Assembly (NCBI GenBank): GCA_963702845.1
Contig: OY969763.1
Coordinates: forward strand, 736,001-800,000
DNA length: 64,000 nt
Source: an uncultured Verrucomicrobiae bacterium
Lineage (GTDB): Bacteria; Verrucomicrobiota; Verrucomicrobiia; Limisphaerales; Palsa-1400
Direction of reading: 5' to 3'
Under the pieces are notes generated by a model. That model had not been told where the DNA came from. It searched no databases and worked only from the letters and a program-made list of their open reading frames with translations. Both the position numbers and the translations under genes were made by a program. Positions 38,938-49,100 of this stretch are shown one piece after another. Each line of letters begins with the position of its first letter. Within the stretch, counting starts at the first letter, position 1.

Positions 38938-39256
38938 AAAAGTATGTCATTCGAAGTCGCGTAAGCTCATTCGCAGCAAGCCTCTGACTCGAGGATTGGT
39001 TGCGACTTATTTCATCCTTCTGCGTTATCTGAACTACGCTAATCCTGAGCCATGGCCAATCAAGCGCAAATCCCGACCATCCCAGGCTCGTCGGACCAAT
39101 CCGCCACTTCCTGCAAAATACTTCGCGCTCTTGGCGTCCTTAGCGAGACCCTCTCCCACTTGGGGTCTTGGTGGTTTAATTACACTTTTGGTGATCACCT
39201 TGTAAGCGCAATTTTTTCCTTCAGCCTTCAGCCGTCAGCCTTTAGCCTTAACGTAG

Positions 39257-41074
39257 ATGTCTTATCAGGTCATAGCTCGAAAATATCGCCCGCAACGGTT
39301 TGAAGATGTCGTTGGCCAGGAGCACGTCAGCCAGACGCTCGCCAACGCCATCAAACAAAACCGTATCGCCCACGCGTACCTGTTCGTCGGCCCGCGCGGC
39401 ACTGGCAAGACAACCATTGCCCGTATTTTCGCCAAATGCCTCAACGCCACCAACGGCCCGCGCGTCGACTTTCCTGAAGACGATCCGAAAGCCAAAGAAA
39501 TCGCCGAAGGCCGCTCCCTCGACGTCCTCGAAATCGACGGCGCCAGCAACCGCGGCATTGACGAAATCCGCGATCTCCGCGAGACCGTGAAATACGCTCC
39601 GGCCTCTTCAAAGTTCAAAATTTACATTATCGACGAAGTCCACATGCTGACCAAAGAAGCGTTCAACGCGCTTCTCAAAACGCTCGAAGAACCGCCTGCG
39701 CATGTGAAGTTCATGTTCGCAACCACCGAGCCCGACAAAGTGCTCCCGACCATCCTGTCGCGTTGCCAACGTTTCGACCTGCGCCGTATTCCCAGCGCTT
39801 TGATCGTCAAACATCTCGGTGAAATTTCGAAAAAAGAAGGCGTCAAGATCGACGAACCCGCCTTGCTCGCGATCGCGCGCGGAGCCGACGGTGGCATGCG
39901 CGATGCCGAATCGACCTTGGATCAGCTTATCAGTTTTTGCGGTAATGAAATTGCCGAAGCCGATGTCCTCTCGATGTTCGGCCTCGCCGCCCAAAGCCAG
40001 ATCATCGCCCTCACCGACGCCATTCTCGCCGGCGATGCGGAAGACGCGTTGCGCCAGCTCAACGACCTGGCGCAACAGGGCAAAGACCTTGGTCGTCTCA
40101 TCACCGAGTTGCTTGGCCACTTTCGCAATTTGCTCATCTTCCAGGTCTCCAAGGGCGACATGCGTTTAGTCGAAGCCTCTGAATCGCAAGGCGCTTCTCT
40201 AAAACAACAATCGTCTGTCCTGACAGCAGACGCGCTCACCCGCATGCTCGACATTTTGACTGACTGCGAAGGCTCCTTGCGCGACACCACGTCGAAAAAG
40301 ATCCTCGTGGAAATCAGCGTGCTCAAAATGATCGAAGCCCGTAGCGCCGTCAGCCTCGACACCGTTTTGAAGCAAGTCCAGCAACTGCGCTCCGAAGGCG
40401 GCGGCGGAACATCAGGCGGAGGAGGCGCTCCGATTCGTTCGACCGCAACCGAACCTGTCCGTAAACCTGCTGCGCCCGCTCCAGCTAAAACGAGTGCGAT
40501 GACCGAAACGGCAACAGCCGCCGCTCCCGCTCCAGTCGCCACCGCTCCGACAGCTCCAGTAATTCCGGTTGCTGCTCCAGCGGGCCAGGACTTGGAAGGC
40601 CTTTGGGCTGCGCTTCTGATTCGAGTCACTGGGTTTGCCCGTGCTTATTTTGTCGAAGCGCATCCGGTTTCATTTAACGGAAAAGTTTTTGCAATCGGGT
40701 TCGGTGCCGAACATGTCGACAACATTTCCTTGGTCGATAACCCCAAGAATCAGGCTATGCTCCAAACCAAACTCGCCGAGCTCGGTCACCCGAACGTGCA
40801 AGTGAAGTTCGTCAAAGCCGAACCGCCGGCCAACCGACAACGTGTCGAGGCACCGGTAGAACCGGAACCCACGTCGGCTCCGGCTGCACCAGCGACGCCC
40901 GCCGCCGCGCCCGGGAAACCTGCAACCGTCGCTACCGCCAGAGCAGCCGCTCCAGCCGCTCCCGCTCCCGCTGCTGCGCCGAAAATGACGAAGGACGATT
41001 TCAAGAACGACCCGCTCATACAAAAGGCCCTTGAGATCTTCAAGGGCCAGATAGTTGACGTTCGACAGACCTAA
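39257..41074 (+). CDS. dnaX: DNA polymerase III subunit gamma/tau
   Basis: MSYQVIARKYRP, GPRGTGKT, EIDGASN, IIDEVHML, SRC. Confidence 0.97.
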   Translation: MSYQVIARKYRPQRFEDVVGQEHVSQTLANAIKQNRIAHAYLFVGPRGTGKTTIARIFAKCLNATNGPRVDFPEDDPKAKEIAEGRSLDVLEIDGASNRGIDEIRDLRETVKYAPASSKFKIYIIDEVHMLTKEAFNALLKTLEEPPAHVKFMFATTEPDKVLPTILSRCQRFDLRRIPSALIVKHLGEISKKEGVKIDEPALLAIARGADGGMRDAESTLDQLISFCGNEIAEADVLSMFGLAAQSQIIALTDAILAGDAEDALRQLNDLAQQGKDLGRLITELLGHFRNLLIFQVSKGDMRLVEASESQGASLKQQSSVLTADALTRMLDILTDCEGSLRDTTSKKILVEISVLKMIEARSAVSLDTVLKQVQQLRSEGGGGTSGGGGAPIRSTATEPVRKPAAPAPAKTSAMTETATAAAPAPVATAPTAPVIPVAAPAGQDLEGLWAALLIRVTGFARAYFVEAHPVSFNGKVFAIGFGAEHVDNISLVDNPKNQAMLQTKLAELGHPNVQVKFVKAEPPANRQRVEAPVEPEPTSAPAAPATPAAAPGKPATVATARAAAPAAPAPAAAPKMTKDDFKNDPLIQKALEIFKGQIVDVRQT

Positions 41075-41100
41075 GGTAGGGTCGCCGCGTTGCGGCGACC
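41075..41100. repeat. GTAG-type REP palindrome between convergent genes
   Basis: GGTAG-GGTCGCCGC-GTT-GCGGCGACC. Confidence 0.6.
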
Positions 41101-41113
41101 ATCCCCGGTCAAA

Positions 41114-43033
41114 TTACGGCAACGTAAACGTTCCCGAGGCAGTGCCGGTTCCACCAGCGGTGATCGTCGCGATAAACGTGCCACTTTGATTATCGGTGAA
41201 GTGCAGCAGCATGCGCATAACCGTCGTCTTGTTTTGGAGTGATCCGCCGATGATATTCAGTTCAGCAATGTTCGCCGAGAACGACGAATAGCTCGAGTAG
41301 TTATAGCTGGCGATGCCGAAGCTGTTGATGTCCGTCGTAACGGTCGTGTTGCCGATATTGATTGTGATGGTCCCGAGGTTGGCGAACACACCAGATTTCT
41401 TCTGGAGGTTCAACGTCAACACGCCGGTATTGATGTTGCCGGGGGCGTTCACGAAGAGATTGGTTCCGGCTGTCAGATCCTCGGCCATGTAGAATGAGCC
41501 GCTCACTCCAGAGTCGAGGAAGAATCCGCCGGACCAGTTTGTTTTCTGCAGGATAACTCCCTGCACCGTATCCTGTTGATGCGTGACTGGTCTTATCAAT
41601 GTACCGCGAAGCGTGCCTGATGACCCGACTTTGAACGTGAAGTCGTTGAAGTCAACGTTGATGGTATTGTTCGACGACCATGTGAGACCGCTGCTCACGG
41701 GGAGCGGCAGATTGTCTCCTGTAAACGTGGCGAACCCATCCGTCCACGCCATAATGGAGACGCCGGTCGGCGGTTGAATAAACAGCGAGCCGACGACGGG
41801 AGTGCGTAGCGAAAATTCGTTGCTATAAGCGCCGTGGGTCGATTGTGGATGAAACCAGTTGGCATTACCATTGAGGCTGCTTTGCGGAATATTGGTGATG
41901 TTGATCCAGCCGGTGAACGAGCCCTTGTTGCCGCTGAGAGAAACGAACATCGGCCACCAACCGGCTTTCGAAATGGTCGTCGATTGGCTGATAGGCGTGT
42001 TATCTGCGAGTGTGCCGGTCATGCGCAAGTTGCCCCCGGCGTCCACCGCGATGGTCGCGACACCTTGACCCTCTACAACGGCATTCGAAGACACGATCAT
42101 GGTATAATTGCCGGCGAACGGGCAGAGGTTCGTTTGCGAGTTGAACACATTGCGGTCACCCACGAGGGTTGCCGTGATCGGCGAGTTGATGTCGCCGGTG
42201 ACCTGGTCAGAAACGCCGGACAGATCGAGTTGTAACGTGCCGGTATAAGTGTTGCCGCCAGCGCGCGCGGTGAAGTTGGCTTGGCCGTTATTATCGATTT
42301 TGCCGGTGGCCGTGGCGTGAGTTCCACCAACAGTGAACGTGAGAACGTAAGTGTTGGGGTTATTGACCATCAACGTAAAAGCCCCGGAGCTATCGCGTTC
42401 GATATTGTTTAAATTCATGATCAGCCCGTTATACGTGCCACGGACAAAGTGCAGTGGATTCGGGGCGAAGTTCGCAGTGAGTTGGGCGTTGTCGGTCATG
42501 GTGAACGTCAAGTTCGCGTTCGTGGAATTCGTCGCGCCGGTCCAGCCGGTGAACGTCCAGTCGCTCGCGGGAATGGCCTGCATGTGTAACGTCCCGCCGT
42601 CGAGTTGAGTGGTGCCGTTCAGGTTTGGATTGACGCGGCCGTTGCCATTTGTCGTCACGGTCAAGGTGCTAAACACCTGGAGGGTGACATGGCGCGTTAC
42701 GGTCGCCGATTGCACATTACCGACGGTGGTGCTTTGGGCGGTGATGATGTTATCGCCGGGCGAGAGCGCCACGTTGGCTTGCCAGGCGATCGTGCCGTTG
42801 GCCGTTTGCGAATTGCCATTCACAAACACAGTGACGGACGCAATTGGATCATTCGTATCGGTCGACCTTGCCGTGCCTGTCACATTGACATCGGCATTCG
42901 TCGTGCGCAGGTTGTTATTGGGCGATGTAATCGCCACCGTTGGCGTCGCGCCGCGCGCGGCGCTCGTGATTAGTAATAAACCGATGGCGCAAGCAACGAT
43001 TGCCGCGCGGGATGATTGTAGCCAGTTCGTCAT
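41114..43033 (-). CDS. Secreted Ig-like / InlB-B-repeat-like surface protein sharing a large domain with 9498-13571
   Basis: GGAGG RBS before ATG 43033, signal peptide, PTVAITSP Ig-like start, FTGWTG repeat, GTYNGL...GVILQ domain. Confidence 0.75.
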   Translation of the reverse strand: MTNWLQSSRAAIVACAIGLLLITSAARGATPTVAITSPNNNLRTTNADVNVTGTARSTDTNDPIASVTVFVNGNSQTANGTIAWQANVALSPGDNIITAQSTTVGNVQSATVTRHVTLQVFSTLTVTTNGNGRVNPNLNGTTQLDGGTLHMQAIPASDWTFTGWTGATNSTNANLTFTMTDNAQLTANFAPNPLHFVRGTYNGLIMNLNNIERDSSGAFTLMVNNPNTYVLTFTVGGTHATATGKIDNNGQANFTARAGGNTYTGTLQLDLSGVSDQVTGDINSPITATLVGDRNVFNSQTNLCPFAGNYTMIVSSNAVVEGQGVATIAVDAGGNLRMTGTLADNTPISQSTTISKAGWWPMFVSLSGNKGSFTGWINITNIPQSSLNGNANWFHPQSTHGAYSNEFSLRTPVVGSLFIQPPTGVSIMAWTDGFATFTGDNLPLPVSSGLTWSSNNTINVDFNDFTFKVGSSGTLRGTLIRPVTHQQDTVQGVILQKTNWSGGFFLDSGVSGSFYMAEDLTAGTNLFVNAPGNINTGVLTLNLQKKSGVFANLGTITINIGNTTVTTDINSFGIASYNYSSYSSFSANIAELNIIGGSLQNKTTVMRMLLHFTDNQSGTFIATITAGGTGTASGTFTLP

Positions 43034-43189
43034 AGTTACCTCCGGGTGGAACGGGCCCCGTGCGTTTTGTCGCACGTTGTCGTAGGTCAGTTCCTTGCAA
43101 TTCATACAGAATTCCGTTGGTGCTGTTTTATCTGTTTGACTGGTTTGCGCCAATCGGGGCATGGAGCAATTTATAGCTGCAACAAGGCC

Positions 43190-43945
43190 TTAGCGGCAGT
43201 AAAGGAAAACACCAGTAGCGGCAGAGCAGGGGAGTTCAGAATCTACAGATAATGCGCTGTGCGACCATCGCCAGGTGCGCACGTTTAAAGGAGATCCGCT
43301 GACCGCAAGTGAAGCAGCGTATCCAAGCGCGGGCGATAGGCGAGTAATCGTAATATCATCGACGGGCAGCGGATATTCTTCGGTGATGCCCTGGCCGGTG
43401 CATTTGGAAATCGATTCCTTTTCTGTCCAGCATTTATAGAAAACCTGAACGCGATCTACGGGTGGTGTGGAAAGAAATTCAGCTCTCGCCCGATCAGCAA
43501 AAAATCTATGAGCGATCTCCGTCATCTCTGGCAGTTCGGACATGAGTTCAACATCAACGCCAATTTCGCGTCCCACCGAAACCGCGATCAAGGCGAGATC
43601 CCCCGAGTGCGAGATGTTGAAGTTAATATCGTGCGATGCGTTCGTCAGGAAAGGTTTGCCGGCATGTCCATAGGCGAATTGAACAGCGCCGGGATCGGTG
43701 TCGAGATAATCGGCCAAAATGTGCCGTAGCGAGCCGCGACCCGCGATAAACCGGTTTTGTTCGGAAATCAAAGGTGAACGTTCGCAGCGCAGAAGTTCAT
43801 CCGTCGAAAGGACGTTGCGCATCGCGTCTAACGTGAGTGGGTTAATTGAGAGTGAAGCGGACCACACGTGAACTTCGTTGGCGGACAGCGAAGGCTGCGT
43901 GCCCGGTGGAATCCACAGATGTTGAATTTCGCTATGCGACTGCAT
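43190..43945 (-). CDS. Sfp-type 4'-phosphopantetheinyl transferase
   Basis: GKP, FNISHSG, GVDVE, WTEKES..K..G; overlaps the NRPS stop. Confidence 0.92.
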   Translation of the reverse strand: MQSHSEIQHLWIPPGTQPSLSANEVHVWSASLSINPLTLDAMRNVLSTDELLRCERSPLISEQNRFIAGRGSLRHILADYLDTDPGAVQFAYGHAGKPFLTNASHDINFNISHSGDLALIAVSVGREIGVDVELMSELPEMTEIAHRFFADRARAEFLSTPPVDRVQVFYKCWTEKESISKCTGQGITEEYPLPVDDITITRLSPALGYAASLAVSGSPLNVRTWRWSHSALSVDSELPCSAATGVFLYCR

Positions 43946-46136
43946 GCGCGCGTAGATTCCGTGGCGGGACCTGTTCGAGGCACTTGCTCAATTTGTTCGC
44001 GAGCTCATGGACGTATGGCGGTTCGAGGATTTGTTCGTGCGTGCCGGGAACGATTTGCACATCGACGCCGTTGCTCGCAAACATCTGCCAGATCACTTCC
44101 GGGTTCCATTTGAACACAGCTTGTTGGCGGACGCGGAACAGCGTCAGTTTTCCCTGGTATGGCTGCGGGACATAATGGAGCAGCGCCTCAAAATGGATTT
44201 GTGCGAAGTGACGATAGTCTTTCGGATACGCGGACATGTCGACGAGCTCATCCAACAATTTCGCAGATGTCGTCGGTGTGATGTCCGCCTTACGCCGGCT
44301 CGTGATGAATCGCCGGTGCAATGCAGAGACTTTTCGGCGAAAACGCTGCAAAAGATCCTTGGGCGCTCCAAGTAATTCGGCGCTCAACACGGGAAGTGAT
44401 TGTAGCAATTGCGTCGCGAAGGCTGCGCTGACCCGATTCGGCTGGCCAGCCACACCGTGCAATCCGGATTCAAGAAGGACGACCATGCCGACGTCGCCGC
44501 CTTGTTGTTTCAGTTGGCGCGCGACTTCAAATGCCACCACGCCACCGAAGCAATAACCGCCGAGGATATAAGGGCCCTCGGGCTGCACGGTTTTCATCGC
44601 CTGGATGTAGTGCTCCGCCATCAGCTCGATGCGATTGAACGGTTCGGCCGGCGCGGCGATTCCATAGGACGGCTGGTCGGGGCCGAGCAATTCTGCCAGC
44701 GCGCGATACGTGAATAATCCGCCACCACCGCCACCGCCCAGATTGTGCAGCCAGAAAATTGGAGGCTTTGTTCCAGTTGGTTTGATTTCGACAATGCTGG
44801 TCGACGGCGTGCGCCAGGTATTTTGACGAATGACCTTCGCCAATTCCTCGACTGTCGGCGCTTGAAAGAGCAGGGGCAGTGGAATTTTTTTGCCGAGCTT
44901 CTTTTCGATTTGCGCGAACAGCCGCACCGCGAGCAGCGAATGGCCGCCCATTTCAAAGAAGTTATCGCGAACCCCGACGCGTTTTGTCCCGAGGACTTCC
45001 TGAAAAACCTGCAGCAAGTCGCGTTCAAGATCGGATTGCGCCGTGACAACGACCGAGTCCTGTCGATCGAGGTCCATCGGCACTGGTAATGACGGACGAT
45101 CAATTTTGCCGTTTGCATTCAATGGCATCGACGGCAGCGGCACTAGTTGCGATGGCACCATGTAATCCGGCAAATTCTGTTTGAGATAGCGGCGCAATTC
45201 GTCGGCCGGGATTGTTCCACTTTTGCTGACGTAATATCCGACCAATCGCTTGTCCCCGGGCTGAGGCTGGCGGACAATTACAGCGGCTTCGCGCACCAGC
45301 GGATGACGGCAAAGGACCGTTTCAATTTCTCCAAGTTCGATTCGAAACCCTCGCAGTTTTATTTGGAAATCGGCGCGCCCGAGGAACTCGATATTTCCAT
45401 CCGGCAAAAAGCGAACGAGGTCGCCGGTCTTGTAGAGACGCGAAGACGGATCGTTGCTGAATGGATTGAGGATGAACCGTTGCGCCGTCAGTTCAGGAGA
45501 GTTGAGATAACCCCGAGCCAATCCGGGACCGCCGATATAAAGTTCGCCAGCAACGCCCACCGACACCGGTTGCATTGTTTGGTCGAGAACGTAAAGTTGC
45601 GTATTCGCAATCGGGCGGCCGATCGGCACGGATTTACCGTCGACAACTTTTTTGACTTCGTACCATGCCGCGAAAGTGGTTGTCTCCGTCGGCCCATACC
45701 CGTTGAGCAAACGTTTCGGGGGGCCGTGCTGCAGCACTTCGGTGATCCATTTTGGTTCGAGCGCATCGCCGCCAACCATCAGATCGCGCATGGTTGCGAA
45801 TGCGTCTGGAACTTCGGATGCGATTTGATTAAACAACGCAACCGTCAAAAACATCGTCGTGATTTCGCGTCTGCGTAGTTCACGGGCGAAGTCCTGCGGT
45901 GAGAGAACAATTTCTTTTGGAATATTGATGAGTTTTCCGCCATTGAGCAGTGCGCCCCAGATTTCAAATGTGGCAGCGTCAAACGCGACGTTTGAGACGT
46001 GTCCCATGCGCAAGGTTTCGTCGAACGGAACAAAATCCGCATTCACCACCAGCCGATTAATCGCGCGATGCGGAACGATGACACCTTTTGGCATTCCGGT
46101 TGAACCCGATGTGAACATCACGTAAGCGGGACTCAT
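43932..46136 (-). CDS. NRPS fragment: C-terminal part of A2, T2 and TE
   Basis: AYVMFTSGSTG...DNFFEMGGHSLL...GYCFGG...PGTH. Confidence 0.8.
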   Translation of the reverse strand: MSPAYVMFTSGSTGMPKGVIVPHRAINRLVVNADFVPFDETLRMGHVSNVAFDAATFEIWGALLNGGKLINIPKEIVLSPQDFARELRRREITTMFLTVALFNQIASEVPDAFATMRDLMVGGDALEPKWITEVLQHGPPKRLLNGYGPTETTTFAAWYEVKKVVDGKSVPIGRPIANTQLYVLDQTMQPVSVGVAGELYIGGPGLARGYLNSPELTAQRFILNPFSNDPSSRLYKTGDLVRFLPDGNIEFLGRADFQIKLRGFRIELGEIETVLCRHPLVREAAVIVRQPQPGDKRLVGYYVSKSGTIPADELRRYLKQNLPDYMVPSQLVPLPSMPLNANGKIDRPSLPVPMDLDRQDSVVVTAQSDLERDLLQVFQEVLGTKRVGVRDNFFEMGGHSLLAVRLFAQIEKKLGKKIPLPLLFQAPTVEELAKVIRQNTWRTPSTSIVEIKPTGTKPPIFWLHNLGGGGGGGLFTYRALAELLGPDQPSYGIAAPAEPFNRIELMAEHYIQAMKTVQPEGPYILGGYCFGGVVAFEVARQLKQQGGDVGMVVLLESGLHGVAGQPNRVSAAFATQLLQSLPVLSAELLGAPKDLLQRFRRKVSALHRRFITSRRKADITPTTSAKLLDELVDMSAYPKDYRHFAQIHFEALLHYVPQPYQGKLTLFRVRQQAVFKWNPEVIWQMFASNGVDVQIVPGTHEQILEPPYVHELANKLSKCLEQVPPRNLRAHAVA

Positions 46137-49100
46137 CGCCGCTCACTTTCGTTGAAAACGGACTGGCGCTTTCCTGGGCGATCGCTTGAAGTTCCCGTTC
46201 GAATTCGATGACTTTCGAACCCAAATCCAGTGAGGCGAACGCAAACGCGTCGCGACTGCGCGTGATGAACACCGGCGTATCGATGTCTGCCAGCATCAGG
46301 CGCAATCGTTCGGCGGGTGTTGTCGGTTCCAGGGGGACGTAAGCGGCTCCTGCTTTCAGGATCGCCAGCGTTCCGATGATCATCTCGAGCGAGCGCTCCA
46401 TGCAAATTGGCACCAATGCACCTCGCGTGACACCGCGTTTGAGCAAGTAACTGGCGAACTGATTCGAGCGATGATCCAATTCGCGATACGTCAATTCCGT
46501 TTGCCCGAAAACGACTGCTATGTTTTCCGGCGTTTTTGCCACTTGTTCGAGAAATACTTCGTGAACGCCTTTGTCGGCAGGGAAGGGCCGATCCGTTGCG
46601 TTCCACTCGACGAGGATCTGGCGGCGATCTGCTTCGCTGACCAACGGCAACGAAGCGATTTTCTGATGCGGCTGATCTGCAATTGCTTTCAGCAGATTTT
46701 GAAAACTGCGCAGCAACCGTTCAATCGTGGCCTTCTCGTAAAGGTCAGCGTTGTATTCCACTGCCGCGGCGAAACCGGATGGGCTCTTTTTGATGACGAA
46801 CGTTAGATCAAATTTTGCGGTGGTGCTGGGCAGTTCGACAATTTCCCCGGTGACGTTGCCGATGCGGAAATTTTCCCACTCCGAATTCTGCAACGCGAAC
46901 ATTATGCGCACGAGCGCGGATTGAGTGGAACTGCGATCTGGTTGAAACATTTCGACCAGGCGCTCGAACGGAAGGTCCTGATTTGCGTAAGCGCCCAGAG
47001 CGACTTCGCGGACGCGCTGGAGAATTTCCCAGAACGTCGGCTCGCCCGCGAAGTTGGTTCGCAACACAAGCGTGTTTACAAAAAAGCCAATTAGCTCTTC
47101 GGTTTCCGCGCGATTACGCCCCGCGATTGGTGAACCGATGACAATGTCGTTTTGCCCGGTATATTTCGCGAGCAACGTTTGAAACGCCGCAAGCATCAGG
47201 ATGAACGGCGTCATACCTTCGCGTTTGCCGCGCGAAATGATCGCTTCGCAGGCATCCGTCGGCAGATCAGCGCGTGCATAACCGCCGCGTGAGGTCTGCG
47301 CTGCCGCACGACGGTAATCGCCGGGCAATTCCGTCATTTCAATTTTCCCGCCGAGTTGCGTTTTCCAATACGACAACTGATCTTCGAGCAGTTTTCCTTG
47401 CAGATAAGTTTTCTGCCACGTGGAGAAATCCGGGTATTGCATCGGCAACGGCGCAAGCTCGGCCGGCGTGCCGTTCACGTGCCCGCGGTAAAGAACGTCG
47501 AGCTCCTTGAGCAGCACATTGACCGACCATTCATCTGACGCGATGTGATGCATCACCAACAATAGCACGTGTTCTTCTGGCGCAAGTTGAACGAGCGTCG
47601 CGCGAATCATCAGGTCTGCCGCGAGATCAAAAGGCCGATTCCCATGTTCCAGCAGGAGCGATTGCAACGTCCTTTTCGACGCTGGAAACAACTTCCATCT
47701 TAACCGTCCGCGCGCCATCGACGACCTGCACCGGTTCGCCGCTCTCGGCAACAAATCGCGTCCGCAGCGCTTCGTGTCGAGCGACGATGTCGTTTAAACT
47801 CTCGTGCAACGCCGGCACGTCGAGCGCTCCTCGCAAGCGCAATGCGAGCGGGATATTGTAAACGGACGATTTCATGTCCAGTTGCTGGATAAACCAAAGT
47901 CGTTGTTGCGGGAACGACAACGGCGCGGCTTTTGCCGTTGTCATCGGGCGCGATTGAATTTGGGTTGCGCCCGTCTCCGAGTTGTTTCGCCACGCCTGCA
48001 ACCGTCGGGGCTTCGAAAATCACGCGCAACGGGAGCTCAACCGAAAACGTTTTAGAAATGCGCGACATAATCTGCGTCGCGAGAAGCGAATGTCCACCGA
48101 GCTCGAAGAAATTTTCGGTCACACCAATTCGCTCCCGGCCCATGACGTCGCACCAGATTTTTGCGACCTTCTCTTCAACGTCGTTGCGTGGCGCGATAAA
48201 TTCAGCTGCTTGCGCTTGCGGCGCGGGAAGTTTCGCCCGATCAATTTTGCCATTGGTCGTCAGCGGCATTTCCGGCACGCGCACGAAGTAGCCTGGAACC
48301 ATGAACGGCGGCAATTTGTCAGCGACAAACTGCTGCAGTTCTTCAGTCGAACGCGCCTCGTCGGAAACGTAATAGGCCACAAGCGCCTTGCCGCCGGGCA
48401 TGTCAGAACGAGCGAGCACGACCGTGGCACTGATGTTCGGATGTTGTGCGAGCCGTCCTTCGATTTCACCGAGTTCGATGCGGAACCCGCGGATTTTTAC
48501 CTGATGATCCGCGCGGCCAACAAATTCCAACGTTCCATCGGACAAGTATCGAACAAGATCACCCGTGCGATAAAGCCGCCCTTGGCCAAACGGATTCGCG
48601 ACAAACTTCGCCCCAGTCGTTTCCGGTGCGTTCAAGTAACCACGCGCCAAACCATCGCCGCCCGTAAAAAGGTCGCCGACGGCTCCCTGTGGCACCGGTT
48701 GCATATGGCGATCGAGAACGTAAGCCGTGGTGTTGCTGACAGGCTTCCCGATCGGCACCGGCCGTTTTCCATCCCAGTCCTGCGGAATCAAATGGCACGC
48801 TGTGAACGTGGTATTTTCCGTCGGCCCATAGCCATTGATCAGTTTCGTTTTCGGTAATTGCTTCAGCGCCGTGAGCACATGCGAAACGGACAAAACATCG
48901 CCACCAGCCAGCAACTGACGGACACCTTTCAGAGAATCAATCTGATGCTCGACCATCTGATGGAACAGACCAGACGTGAGCCACAGTGTGGTAACGCCAG
49001 TTTGTTTGATGACCTTGGCCAAATCCTCAAGACTCGCTGCTTGCGGCGGGAAAATCACCAGCTTGCCGCCGTTCAGCAACGGTCCCCAAATCTCAAGAGT

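Larger units (their letters stand above)
33417..39256. mobile_element. Accessory island / cassette-like gene array between ffs and dnaX
   Basis: Ten short unrelated co-oriented genes, attC-like half sites and repeated 28-bp junction motifs; interrupts the commonly adjacent ffs-dnaX pair; no integrase seen. Confidence 0.55.

Noticed and set aside
39190..39202. GTGATCACCTTG as a duplicated 3' end of ffs (attR)
   Set aside because: Only 10/12 identity over a very short stretch; could be chance
39219..39250. Heptamer runs (CCTTCAG)n; similar short runs at 1436-1466, 35430-35460, 53632-53660 and 54755-54782
   Set aside because: Short low-complexity intergenic repeats with no function inferable from this window
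33417..39256. Complete integron
   Set aside because: No intI ORF and no full attC hairpin could be built by eye
39829..39836. AAAAAAG run in dnaX as the programmed -1 frameshift site
   Set aside because: Wrong codon phase (G AAA AAA G) and inside the ATPase domain, far from the expected position
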